NCBI GenBank assembly: GCA_051294905.1
Contig: CM119378.1
Location: 10,106,001-10,170,000 of the forward strand
Length of the DNA: 64,000 nt
Source: Botryllus schlosseri
Lineage: Eukaryota
Direction of reading: 5' to 3'
In this document: piece after piece, positions 54,601 to 64,000 of the stretch
How the letters are laid out: the number at the start of each line of letters is the position of its first letter
Numbering within the stretch: the stretch's first letter is position 1
Notes under the pieces: model-generated
What the model was told of the DNA's origin: nothing
Seen by the model: only the letters and a program-made list of their open reading frames with translations
The model's database searches: none
Program-made: the position numbers and the translations under genes

Positions 54601-57600
54601 TCATCTCGTATGTTAAGTCGTAACAGCGTTGCGTATTTCCTTTGTCAGAGTACGTGGTCGCAATTTCGGAGAGATTTTCCGTCCCTCACGCCCGCCCAGC
54701 TGCATCGCATTCTAAACGGGTACATACTGGGACCCCGTATACGAAAACGACCGTCGGAATGGCATCCGGATCCGGCAGAATTGCAGAAAGCTACGGAGCA
54801 AGGTTTAGTCCAATGTTCAACGTCATAATAATAGTATGGACTGAGGTGGTCAAAGTAGTCACCGCTGGTACTTAAAGGGAAGTAGAAGTAGCCCTGTAAA
54901 TCTATACTCAATTACAAGTGGAGGTGGCGATTGTTGACACATGATGAACCTACTTTAAGTGGAAGTAGTTTCAAAAGGTAGATTTGGTCGAGGTATTACA
55001 AACTTGTGCGGCTCCTTCCGAATTTACAGAGTGCATCTTTACGACCAACGCAAAATGCCCATTACTTCTACAAATTGGTGCAAGTGTTGAAAATATTTTC
55101 AGTTACCGTGATATGGTGACTATTTCATCCAGCCGCTATGACGTCTTACTCATAAAGGTGATGGAGACATATCTGAAAATTTCATTCTACTTTACAATAT
55201 CCAAAGACTAAAAAGTTGTTAGCTGTTCCTAACAAAATGTTCAGTAGAATGGGAAGTAGTCCAATTATAGCCACTTGAATAAACAGTGCAAGAAGACAAA
55301 ACCTACTTCAGTACTTAGAAAAGGTAGAAGTACTTCATTACCGACCACCTCTGAGTACCGGTAGCCTATGTAGACTTTGACACGACTGGGTCCTGACTTA
55401 TGTTATACGTTAGTATGTTATGCGAGATAGACTTCAATGATTTTGTTCAATTCAGACGCGCTGCTGGAAAGCTACGACAACCACCCGCCGCTCGTGCTCC
55501 CGATGGGCGGCACAAGAATCGCGCTGAGCGTCGTGCCACAAGAACCCTGGTACTCGGCCATTCGCGACACCATCATCGCGATCGGGCGCGGCCACAAGTT
55601 TGAGTCCGCCAGGTAACTGCCGCGACTCGCGTTCGCATCATTATAGCCAGGGTTGCCATCGACATGGACCCAAAAATAAGGACACTCAAAAAATTAGAGT
55701 AGCATGAAAAAGCGCTTTTGTAGATACTATCTGTTCCAGCAACTCTTTGTTATTAGAAAGTGGATCTCACAACAGCTCAGGTCTATAGGTTGACCTTTAA
55801 TCAGGGCCGAAACAGCACTTCGTCAGCCCCCCTAAAAAACGTTGGTCTCGCACCCCTAAACCAAACTTTTTCACCTCGTTGTGATTAGAGGCGTCAATCA
55901 ATATCGAAAAAGGCCGTTCACCAGGTCTAGACAAAATCATATTTGAGCGTATGGAGCAAGCACTCGAGTAACAATGTTTGTAGTCTTGGTCCTGGCCGAA
56001 GAATACTTATTCGCATTGTTGTAATCGGGGAATATTGCTTTGAACAAATGCGATGTGCAATCGTTGGTAATGAATGATTGCTGGTTTTGACAGTATGGAA
56101 TGCCCAGGTACCCTCTACGGCAGCTTCGTTGTAGTCTGTGGTCATTAGTGCTGATCGACTTGTGGAAAAATTATTCATCGACTGGCTCAAATTAAGCATT
56201 ATGACACACTTATTGTGTTTTGGGGTAACAATGTGAGTTGAAATAGTGGTCTTTTCTTTGGCCACCAGGTTAATGTCACAATTGCAGCTACCGCAATGTG
56301 GGAAACACTCACCCTTCAATCTTCGTTAGATACTTTTGAATTCTCCCTCATAATCGTCACGAAAAACGTTTTTACGCCTGCTTATTTTAACTAATCAGAT
56401 TTAGCCTTACTAGTAGCTAAGACTATATGTGCAAGTGCAATATAATTTAGATCAATTTATTAATGATTTATAGCTTTACTATTTTTTAACCAATGTGTCG
56501 ACTGCACTGCGCCTTTTTTCACTACGAAACAAATACTGCTTTCCCCACAGCTTGAGCTTTCCTGCTGTAGACCAAACAGCAAGAACCTGGTACTGCTGTT
56601 TACACCTAAAATGACGTCCGCTGCGGTAGCTTGGTACAGACGAAACTGCTACACCACCACTCTCTGCCCTAGTTATCTCACCACTTGGAAGTCAATATTG
56701 TGGTGTGTACATCACGAGAGTTCCTTTCAGTTATGATGTGATAAAATCTCGACGTAAAAGCATAATTATAGAATATTATGCAACACAGATACCAGAGGTA
56801 AACGATCGACGTTCAGTAGTGGTTGAAAATAAGACAAATTAAGGACGCAAGTCGAAAATAAGGACATTTCTTATAAATAAGGACATTTGAGTTTTCTAAG
56901 ACGTGGTCCTTCAAAATAAGGACAAATCTTAGAAATAAGGACGGTATGGCAACCCTGATTATAGCTCACGATCAGGGTTTGCAACTACCGAAATTCTTTG
57001 GATGTCAAATCTTAAGTAAAATAGTAGCAAATTGATTGCAAACCCAACCCTATGTATAACGAAGAAAGAGTTCTTACAGTTCAAATATCATAAAAAAAGG
57101 CTACTAGAAAAACTCAAGGGTGTCTGGGGGATTAACATTTTTCCACTGCATAAGGTCGTCGAACTACTGCATCCCGAGTCCCTATTCTCAAACAGGAGAG
57201 GCATGCCGATAAACTCCGGGGGAACTACCTTAATTTATCTGAAGAACTTCAAATGCGGTATTTCCCTTGCAGCACTTGCTACCTAGTTCCCGAATGTGCC
57301 AATCGGCAACAGTGCTCGGGATTCTAACTTTAACATTTTGACAGTTCCCCGGAGCAATGGCCCGTTAGTTCCGATCTCGACGGCTCCGACGTGGGCGAAC
57401 GACAACCACCCGACGGTCACCACCACACCCACTCGCCATTGTCGTCGTCGTCAAATTCATCCGTGCATCTCAAACACTCGCGCAGGACTCCGCCGAGACT
57501 CGAAAGGTCATCAAACCAGACAGATTCGAATTACACTTCGGCGAAAATGATCACCGGCAACGACAGCCCGTCCTCAACCAGCGTCAGCTCGATTTTGTCT

Positions 57601-60600
57601 GATTCGGCTTCGCAAGCGTCGTATTCCGCCGATAAAAAGAGCGTTACGCATTCTAGAAGCCCGAAAGACTCAGCTCAGTATAAATACAATGACGTGGCGA
57701 CTCCGAGGCCGGCAGCCCGAAAGACAGCGCCAGGGGTTCCCACCCCGTCGCCCAGATGCGTGAAGAGCGTTTCGGAACTAAAAACCTCGCCTACTCACAC
57801 TAAAGGCGGCAGGTCCACCACCAAGTACGCGACGCTGGACAGGCCGAAAAGAAAGACCAAGAATAGGCAGACTATCCGGAGTTTAACCGACGACCAAAGC
57901 TGTGACTACAAGTCCTTGTCCACGGCGGAAGATGGTATCCCAGGTACGGCTTGTAACCAGAAGTGGTCAGTTACTTTACTTTATTGGACTACTCAAGTAG
58001 GTTTTGCCTGCTCTCCCTGCTTACCAAGTGGTTATGATTCTAGATTACTTCTACTTCATAGCTAAATTTTGTATGCAAAATTGGGTCCAGAATACTTGCT
58101 GTTAAATTTTATTGGGATTGCCTACTTATACTTGAACTTGAGCAGAAATTTACTACATTACTTCTACATTAGGATCAGCGATGGCTGCTTTGACCGCCTA
58201 TGGTAAAAGAGTGCTTCCACTTTTTCCAAGTACTAAAGTACGGGTTTGGCATACTTGTACTATACTTATTCCGCTGGTTATATGGTCCTACTCCGATCCT
58301 GTTTTTTAAAGCTCGGGTCCAACTAATAGAAATGACCGTAATCCGGCCCAAAAATCTACAATAACAATTATCTACTCACAGGAAGGTATTGGATATTGAT
58401 TGAAGCAATGCAAACAGGACATTAAAAACTCGAAGATCAAACCCAACCCTTATGTGAAGTAATTATGCCAACTTGGATTGACATGTGGCTTATTTCGATG
58501 GACGTTTCAGTTTAAATAATATTGATTCGAGGGCTGTCCTATTCTTTGTAAAAAGTACTGACCCGGCTCCGATACGAGTCCGGCCGTATCAGATAAAATC
58601 CGGCCGAATATCCAATCCGTCTCCGGCTCACGCCCCGCTCTAATTTGTAGTGTTGTGGTCGTATTCTTTATAGTCGCCAAGATGCATGTAGCAATTTCCT
58701 ATGAGTTGCTAAAGGTATGCGACTCACCGACGGAATCTACCTTTTGAAACTTAACGAATACTTAATTTTCTTCTTCAACTTGAAGTATTTTTAACGTGTC
58801 TTAAAAATCGCAACTTGAACTTGTAATTGAGAAGGAAAGTACAGCGTAACTTCTAATGGAGTAGCAACGCTGACTATACTGCGTCCTCTGTCAATTAGAC
58901 GCAGCGATTGACATCGAACCGCCCGATGCGTTCGTTGACGTGATAGATCTTAGCGCTGTTTGTGGGAACGACGAAGAATCGTCCGAGTTGAGAGTGCTGC
59001 CCGTAAACACTACGGTCATGAAGCGTTCCGAAATAGGTAGACGCTCGGTCACGAAATCACGTTGTGTTGCGGTTGTCGGGGAATGACGCTTTTGTTGGAC
59101 TGCATTTGCGACGTTTTGTTCTGCGTGCTATTCATTTGTCACCAATTTTGATCCATCGTCTGCTGTTTTTACATTTCACTGCTTAATTTTACGATCAATC
59201 ACAAGGCGTATGTGAATGATATAGAAGCGTAGCATGCTCATTGCTCATTTGCTCATGCTCATTATTATACGTCATCGCTTGTTCACTTCTGCGCATAGAT
59301 GACTGTGTTGATAGTTCCGAAATATTCCGTTGTACCCTGCGCCCTACATGCAGGAAGCCGGACGTTTTCAAGGTGTTTCTGAGCTACGTCTAAAACTTAT
59401 TAGAATTTCCCAATTCATTTGCGGTGGTGGCTGGGACGAGGCACATTATATTTCTCTATTTTAAAGAGATTCATGTCGCGTTAATGGAGATGCTTTCGCC
59501 CTTTGCAAGCCCCATTAATCCTGACCCAACCGATTGTGTTATGAAGCAAGATCGAAGACTTCTCCACGTCCAGGGCATTCGCAATTGACAAATAAATAAT
59601 CACGAGGATAAAAATAATGAATTATATCGGTATAGTATACACCTAGCGAAAACTGCCACCGATTTTCCTGCGTCGAGAAAATCTATACCGCGTCGTCGCA
59701 TTTACCTGCATCAAAACTGAATCTTTACACACTTGTCCCTTCAACAGAGGTTCAGAGGCCGAACGGGTACGCGTCCAACGGGAAGAATGACCCAAGCGAC
59801 TCTGCGGCAAGCGAAGTCTTTATTGTGGATGTAGTCAAGGGAAAAAAAGGTCTTGGACTTGGATTAGTCGATGGCATGCACACGAGCTTACGCACTCCTG
59901 GAGTATTTGTGCGATCGCTGGTGCCCGACGGACCCTCGGTGAAGGTAACACGCCAATTTGCGCTTCGCATTCCGCTTTTTAGTTACAGCGCGATGCGTTT
60001 TTACAGCATGCCAGAATGAAGCATCAAGAAGTTATTAAGTGTTGGCTGCGAGAAGGGAGATTGCTGCTTGGCGATAGGATTTTGGCCGTGAACGGAGCGA
60101 CTCTTGTCAGCATGGACTATTCAAGGTGTGTTTTGCTGGAATTCTGCACATTCGGCGCCTCGGCTATCGTAGAATATACACTCTTAGTGAAAAGAGTCTG
60201 TATTCTCACCAAAAGAGCCGAAAAGGGTGATAGGCCTACACGCTACACGAAAACCTAACCCAGAATTATATCGCGGTCAGAAATCCTATGCCTACTTTGT
60301 TGTAAGTGTGCCGCAAGTATTTTATAATTTTGTAGTGTGCAGCCACATGCCGAGAAAGTTTGGAAACCACTGGTGTAGATTTTCCGAATTTCTTTTCCTT
60401 GCTTCATCAATCGAGTGACGCACGCAACAATCACCAGACTCGTGTAGCAGTAGAATTCGTAAGCACGCGTACAGATAGGGCTGCATTTAAAACAAAAATC
60501 AATTTAAAACAAACATATTTAAAACAAGGCCCTTGTTTAAAACAATTTTTTCTATGCCGTGACGTCACGAATATTCAATTGTGACGCCATAGGGAGTGAC

Positions 60601-62263
60601 ATTGACAATTGATAATATAGGGTAAATATTGCTCCTTCGACGAAATATCTACGTACTATAGCTGTTGAACCAACTATTTTGAGGGTTCCAACCATCCCAT
60701 ATCGTATACGTCGGCTATATCGGGTGGTAATTGTCCGTAGACTCATACAACATGTTTTTTGGAAGGTATTTACACAATTATGGCATGATTTTGCAACAAA
60801 AAAACACAAATTTGTTTCAATGGCCTTTGTTTAAAAACACTATACAAAACATGTGTTAAACAAAGTGTTTTATACAACCATTTGTTTTAAATGCAACCCT
60901 CGTACAGAGGTGTTGCGACTCAGTAGAAGTAAAGGTAACGGCTAATTTCACTGAATTACAAGTAGAAATAATAATTTCAAAGACATGCTAAAGCTGTTTC
61001 AAGTAAAAGGAGAAAATGAAGACATGACAATTACTCGATTAGTTTCAAAATGTAGATTTGGTCGGTGGGTCGCATCCATTACGCAGGCCATATGATAGGT
61101 GGCCAACTGGCCACTTTCAAAATTGCATGGTCCATCGTCACGACTAACGTAAAATGACCAATAACACCACAAAATCGGTGCAATTTTCGAAAATAGATTC
61201 AGTTACCGTGATGCATTGTCTCTTACGCCCAGTTTTCATGACAATTTCACTCATACAGGGGATGTAATCATGTTTTAAAACTACTTTCTACTCTCCAAAA
61301 TCTAAAGCGTATATAGTGAGAAATTTTGCCCAAGAGTATTAAACAGATGTGGGCAAAATCTAGTAACTGAGTGATTTGATTCTGAACAATGTATTGGGTT
61401 TGGGGTCGAGTATTCGAGTAATCACTAATCATGACGCCATAAGTGTATAAAAATGTAGAAATTTCAAATATGTACCTTTTATGCTACGACAAAGAATGTA
61501 ATGGGGGTTTTACGTCACATTGAAGATCAATTGGTATATTTTCGATCATTCCTATTTCATTGCGCTTTATGGCAATGCTGTGAGTTGATCATGACTTCAC
61601 GTGGATAGATCATGGCCTACTAGAAACAAAGGTCGTGCGTAGATATGTCGTTTCCATCAAAGTGCGTAGCGTTGTTCTAAATATTTCGTATGCTACGATG
61701 CGATCAATCGAGGTTTCAGGGCCAATTTAGCCGCATATGTCTCAAGTCATATATCTTTCTGAATGGAATTAGTCTTATGTTACGATTGATGACTATCTGT
61801 GTGGCTTTGTGAGAATAGTATTGGAATTACGTAGATTGAAGTTTCCGTAGTCGATCTAGTCGTAGTTCATCTTTGTCGTTCTGCCAACATTGTGCCAGGC
61901 TCACCCAACAATGTGGACTTCTCTTTTGGTCGTTGGTTTGATGAATATAATGGACCACTATCTATCTCTTCATATGTTTTTTTTTTTATCTTGAAGGTTA
62001 AACGCTTGGGGTTCGATAACCTTTCTAGTATATCGTTGTTGGTTTTTACCCTACGTATCAGGAATTTCATGAACAGTGATTGCCTTTTTCTGACTGCATA
62101 ATTTTTCTGGTAGCCGATTTAACGAGTCCAGTAACTAGAACCGAATATATTTTCTCCTTCCAGTGCAATCGACGAGCTCCGGCAAGCTGGTGACCACATG
62201 CGCTTTCTCGTAGGCCGCGCCAGCGCTGACATCGCTATGAAGATCACATCGTCCAGTTGTTGA
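44793..62263 (+). CDS. RADIL: RADIL/RASIP1-family Rap/Ras effector (RA-FHA-DIL-PDZ), 16 coding exons, ~1367 aa
   Basis: Exons 44793-45650, 47442-47527, 49393-49653, 50333-51056, 51116-51153, 52066-52215, 52434-52557, 53172-53397, 53462-53634, 54649-54802, 55456-55612, 57345-57943, 58899-59036, 59748-59944, 60007-60125, 62164-62263. All are GT-AG, phases are consistent, total 4104 nt. A single RA plus a C-terminal PDZ fits RADIL rather than RASIP1 (no PDZ) or afadin (two RA). Confidence 0.9.
47442..47527 (+). CDS. RADIL: RADIL exon 2 (absent from the ORF track)
   Basis: VLDQIITEKDRETKDVNAQAKRLIMKNVR resembles the RADIL INAQARRL motif; gctcag|...cg|gtaaat; supplies the phase 0 to 2 change the model needs. 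Confidence 0.85.
47590..48210. repeat. Degenerate AATCCG/ATCCGA-rich repeat, probable old MITE(s)
   Basis: Many AATCCG(A/T) motifs; similar to 4184-4320 and 58540-58645; ends not defined. Confidence 0.4.
48405..48791. mobile_element. hAT MITE family B
   Basis: TIR TAGGGTTGCATT...AATGCAACCCTA; internal homology to the 36035 and 60476 copies; TSD not cleanly preserved. Confidence 0.85.
49393..49653 (+). CDS. RADIL: RADIL exon 3: acidic linker and start of the FHA region
   Basis: LSRTQSSLNIK...DIPLPFLLTLQGEDGIH; acacacag acceptor, ag|gtgcta donor. Confidence 0.85.
49690..50257 (+). mobile_element. Old MITE family E filling most of the intron
   Basis: AAGTAGATTTGG at 49842-49853, gaaaatacattcagttatcgtga, right end cttcattacctaccacctc. 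Confidence 0.65.
50333..51056 (+). CDS. RADIL: RADIL exon 4: FHA domain and pre-DIL helices
   Basis: KLAGDDIKTHHCVVYR...VTVNGHTI...LRNGDIITIGTKYIFMFKDP; donor ctg|gtaagt. Confidence 0.92.
51116..51153 (+). CDS. RADIL: RADIL exon 5 (38 nt)
   Basis: DATGSVSMQNDAK; follows a 59-nt intron with a ttctaac branch-like motif; donor aa|gtaagt; restores phase. Confidence 0.8.
51539..52000 (-). mobile_element. Old MITE family E, reverse orientation
   Basis: gagggggtcagtaacgaagtac end, catggtaacgaaatatcttttc and CCAAATCTAC (51859-51868) are reverse complements of family E blocks. Confidence 0.6.
52066..52215 (+). CDS. RADIL: RADIL exon 6
   Basis: LLPKLEGVVFWMSNTLEIFSYLQ (FWMSN motif); donor ct|gtgagt. 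Confidence 0.92.
52434..52557 (+). CDS. RADIL: RADIL exon 7
   Basis: DDVLAILEEIVMYAFQQLVYYLTK; tcatag acceptor, aag|gtgaca donor. Confidence 0.92.
53172..53397 (+). CDS. RADIL: RADIL exon 8 (DIL domain)
   Basis: TLYGALPKVLDANPF...VHPAIESQLFAYLFFFTNVSLFNTLME. Confidence 0.93.
53462..53634 (+). CDS. RADIL: RADIL exon 9 (DIL domain)
   Basis: YYRWDKGVQIRGNLEEIECWA...NLLATTKTQMLQ; follows a 64-nt intron. Confidence 0.93.
53989..54181. mobile_element. Short hAT MITE (CAATGTTCC family)
   Basis: TIR CAATGTTCCCACTA...TAGTGGGAACATTG; TSD TTTACGTG (53981-53988, 54182-54189). Confidence 0.9.
54649..54802 (+). CDS. RADIL: RADIL exon 10 (end of DIL domain)
   Basis: STWSQFRRDFPSLTPAQLHRILNGY. Confidence 0.92.
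54841..55353 (+). mobile_element. Old MITE family E, best-preserved copy (~513 bp)
   Basis: Ends ctgaggtggtc / gaccacctctg; flanks AGTATGGA vs AGTACCGG look like an eroded 8-bp TSD; core GGTAGATTTGG at 54977-54987. Confidence 0.7.
55456..55612 (+). CDS. RADIL: RADIL exon 11
   Basis: DALLESYDNHPPLVLPMGGTRIAL matches the post-DIL ESF..HPPL.LP motif; donor ag|gtaact. Confidence 0.9.
55648..56957. mobile_element. Non-autonomous hAT element (1310 bp) with AATAAGGAC repeats
   Basis: TIR CAGGGTTGCCAT...ATGGCAACCCTG; TSD ATTATAGC (55640-55647, 56958-56965). Confidence 0.92.
57345..57943 (+). CDS. RADIL: RADIL exon 12: S/T/P/K-rich linker
   Basis: 599-nt open exon; ttttgacag acceptor, cca g|gtacgg donor; phases fit. 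Confidence 0.85.
57958..58280. mobile_element. Degenerate family E-like element
   Basis: Starts cagaagtggtcagt 14 nt after the donor; CTACT/AGTAG-rich; right end uncertain. Confidence 0.35.
58540..58645. repeat. ATCCGG-rich MITE end fragment
   Basis: Repeated tccgg/atccg motifs ending in cgccccgctcta. Confidence 0.35.
58731..58870 (-). mobile_element. Partial family E copy, reverse orientation
   Basis: ggaatctaccttttgaaac is the reverse complement of gtttcaaaaggtagatt. Confidence 0.5.
58899..59036 (+). CDS. RADIL: RADIL exon 13 (138 nt, phase 1-1)
   Basis: DAAIDIEPPDAFVDVIDLSAVCGNDEESSELRVLPVNTTVMKRSEI; caattag acceptor, ag|gtagac donor; no homology support. Confidence 0.6.
59748..59944 (+). 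CDS. RADIL: RADIL exon 14: PDZ N-terminal half
   Basis: VFIVDVVKGKKGLGLGLVDGMHTSLRTPGVFVRSLVPDGPSVK; donor aag|gtaaca. Confidence 0.92.
60007..60125 (+). CDS. RADIL: RADIL exon 15: PDZ middle (5' boundary uncertain)
   Basis: EGRLLLGDRILAVNGATLVSMDYS; donor ag|gtgtgt; in-frame AG acceptors at 60006 or 60039. Confidence 0.8.
60476..60900. mobile_element. hAT MITE family B
   Basis: TAGGGCTGCATTTAAAAC...GTTTTAAATGCAACCCT; TSD CGTACAGA (60468-60475, 60901-60908). Confidence 0.9.
60905..61270 (+). mobile_element. Old MITE family E
   Basis: Left end cagaggtg; GTAGATTTGG at 61052-61061; gaaaatagattcagttaccgtga at ~61190-61211. Confidence 0.6.
62164..62263 (+). CDS. RADIL: RADIL last coding exon: PDZ C-terminus
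   Basis: AIDELRQAGDHMRFLVGRASADIAMKITSSSC*; strong pyrimidine tract ttttctccttccag. Confidence 0.92.
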
Positions 62264-62419
62264 TTCAGAGACACGTCCATTCTATTTTTCACCTCGAAAT
62301 ACTATGATGTGCAGTAAAGTTATACGAATTAACTCACTCCACCTGCCTTGCGCTTTGTTATTGTTTTTCTTAAATATTTGTTTGCTATGATGCTCGATGG
62401 CGACTTTTGAACAAAACGA

Positions 62420-62425
62420 AATAAA
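62420..62425 (+). terminator. Candidate RADIL polyadenylation signal
   Basis: AATAAA ~157 nt after the stop; motif only. Confidence 0.3.
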
Positions 62426-62809
62426 TCGACCGAAAACTATGTATTTTACTAATTTTGCTTTCTTCGACGTATGATCTGGCGAAGGTGAATTTGAGCTGTA
62501 GGATGGTCTACGGTTAAAGTTGTTTCTGTTGGCTTTAAGCAATGATGTTTATATGAAAAATCCAACCGGAGACAGGTAGTCGTAGCAGGCAAAAGAATTG
62601 ACTCTATATAGTTTAGTTTAGGGCTACCATATGATATTATAATGTACGATCCCTAACCAATTATTATTGTTGATGCTACTACAGTAGAAGTAATGCCACA
62701 GTTTTCTTCTCTGATGTAGGAATATAGGTACGAGGCATGCCAACTATACTTTAAACATTCGCAGCACACAGTAACTGTTTTGTTCTGTCCGTGAATTCAC
62801 TTATGCCTA

Positions 62810-62950
62810 TAGGGTTACCCGATTCTGGGGTCCGGAAAAAAGGACCCTTTTTACAAATTACAAAAGTCAGATTACCGGACCAGAAAAGTGCCGATTCTGG
62901 AATTTTGACGGGAAATCACGAGTTGACTGAAAAAAGGTCCCTCACGAACA
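62810..62950. mobile_element. Left end of a TAGGGTTACC/AGGAC-type MITE, truncated
   Basis: tagggttacc...aaaaaaggacc resembles the ends of 23526 and 55648; no right end found. Confidence 0.45.
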
Positions 62951-63009
62951 TCTGTCATGCAGATTTTGCGTCATTTGTGGTGGTTTTTTAGTGCTGCTTG
63001 TCCATTAGC

Positions 63010-63347
63010 TTCAATTGTGTTTTTTCAAGTTGTAAAATTATGCCATAATTGTGTCAATTCTTTCCAAAAAACATGCTATATGAGCCTGCGGACACGAATC
63101 ACCCGATATACTTGACGTATATAGATATAGGTTGGTTGCAACCATCAGAATAGTCGGTTCAACAGCTATAGTACATATATTTCATCAAATGAGCTATATT
63201 TACCCTGCACTTTCAATTGTCAATGTCAATACAACATGACGTCACAATTTAATATTCGTGACGTCATGGCTTAAAAAAAAAACAATCAAAACATGTCTTA
63301 AACGAGGGCCTTGTTTTAAATTGATTTTTGTTTTAAATGCAACCCTA
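63010..63347. mobile_element. hAT MITE family B, reverse orientation, one end missing
   Basis: Reverse complement of the 60476 copy, ending aatgcaacccta. Confidence 0.8.
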
Positions 63348-63572
63348 GCTATGACACACTCGATATCGGTTGCATATAAACTCTATATGAATGTTAAAAT
63401 ATCTCAGTATACCCCGCCACAGCAAGGCAAGTATATGGGTTTCACACTTCCAAATGCGCACGTGATCTACACAGAGGTGGGGTAAACATTGCTCATGAGA
63501 TAATAAGGTTGATTTGCCGTGAGGACTATATTGGAATATGGTGGCTTGGGGTATACCATCTTTCCTTCGCAC

Positions 63573-63658
63573 CTACATATTGTTCCAAATCTCAACAAGT
63601 ATTTCCCTTCGTCAAAGTCGTAAGCAGCCCCGGGGGTGTTAGTGCTCACGCAGAACCA
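63573..63658 (-). CDS. Possible exon of a convergent downstream gene
   Basis: ctataacag acceptor, WFCVSTNTPGAAYDFDEGKYLLRFGTIC, ag|gtgcga donor (or read-through to the stop at 63467); no family recognised. Confidence 0.2.
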
Positions 63659-64000
63659 CTGTTATAGAATGTGTCATGCCACTTCAAATGATTTTTGGAC
63701 AATAGCAGTGCCACGCCACGATAGAAATTGATAATAAGCTCTGAAATGGATTATTGAGATACTCTACTTAATTCAGAAATATGACAGATTCGAGTTCATT
63801 TAGTACCCCAACCCATGTTACATTAGGTAGGCCTAAGCCGGTTTATTGAGTAGAACTGAACTCATGCAATCAGCACCTTTTAAGGCTGAACTGCTGGCGA
63901 TAAACCTATAATTTCTTATTTTCTCGCACCATTATTATACAAAATGCATATTTTACGAAGAGGGTCTTATCAGCTGAATTCTAGATCAGAACGCACGGGC

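Noticed and set aside
1-64000. CRISPR arrays, tRNA/rRNA genes, prokaryotic operons or defence systems
   Set aside because: No regularly spaced repeat-spacer units, cloverleafs or rRNA motifs were noticed; the repeats are TIR/TSD transposons and the genes are spliced.

Overview
Eukaryotic (metazoan) genomic DNA with GT-AG introns; no prokaryotic genes, rRNA, tRNA or CRISPR arrays were recognised. Vertebrate-like genes, 59-64 bp minimal introns and dense MITEs suggest an invertebrate chordate or deuterostome such as an ascidian, but this is inference. There are two well-supported genes. (1) A single-coding-exon PIRT-like two-TM protein on the minus strand (7030-8115). (2) A 16-coding-exon RADIL-like gene (RA-FHA-DIL-PDZ, about 1367 aa) on the plus strand (44793-62263), whose reading frame I traced by hand across all splice junctions. 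They lie head-to-head around a ~36.7 kb interval with no other convincing gene. A probable last exon of an unidentified gene opens the window. Non-coding DNA holds at least 12 non-autonomous hAT-type elements with intact 8-bp TSDs from about 7 families, an older ~500-bp MITE family that fills several RADIL introns, and a decayed hAT-like transposase fragment. All family assignments come from recalled motifs, not database searches.
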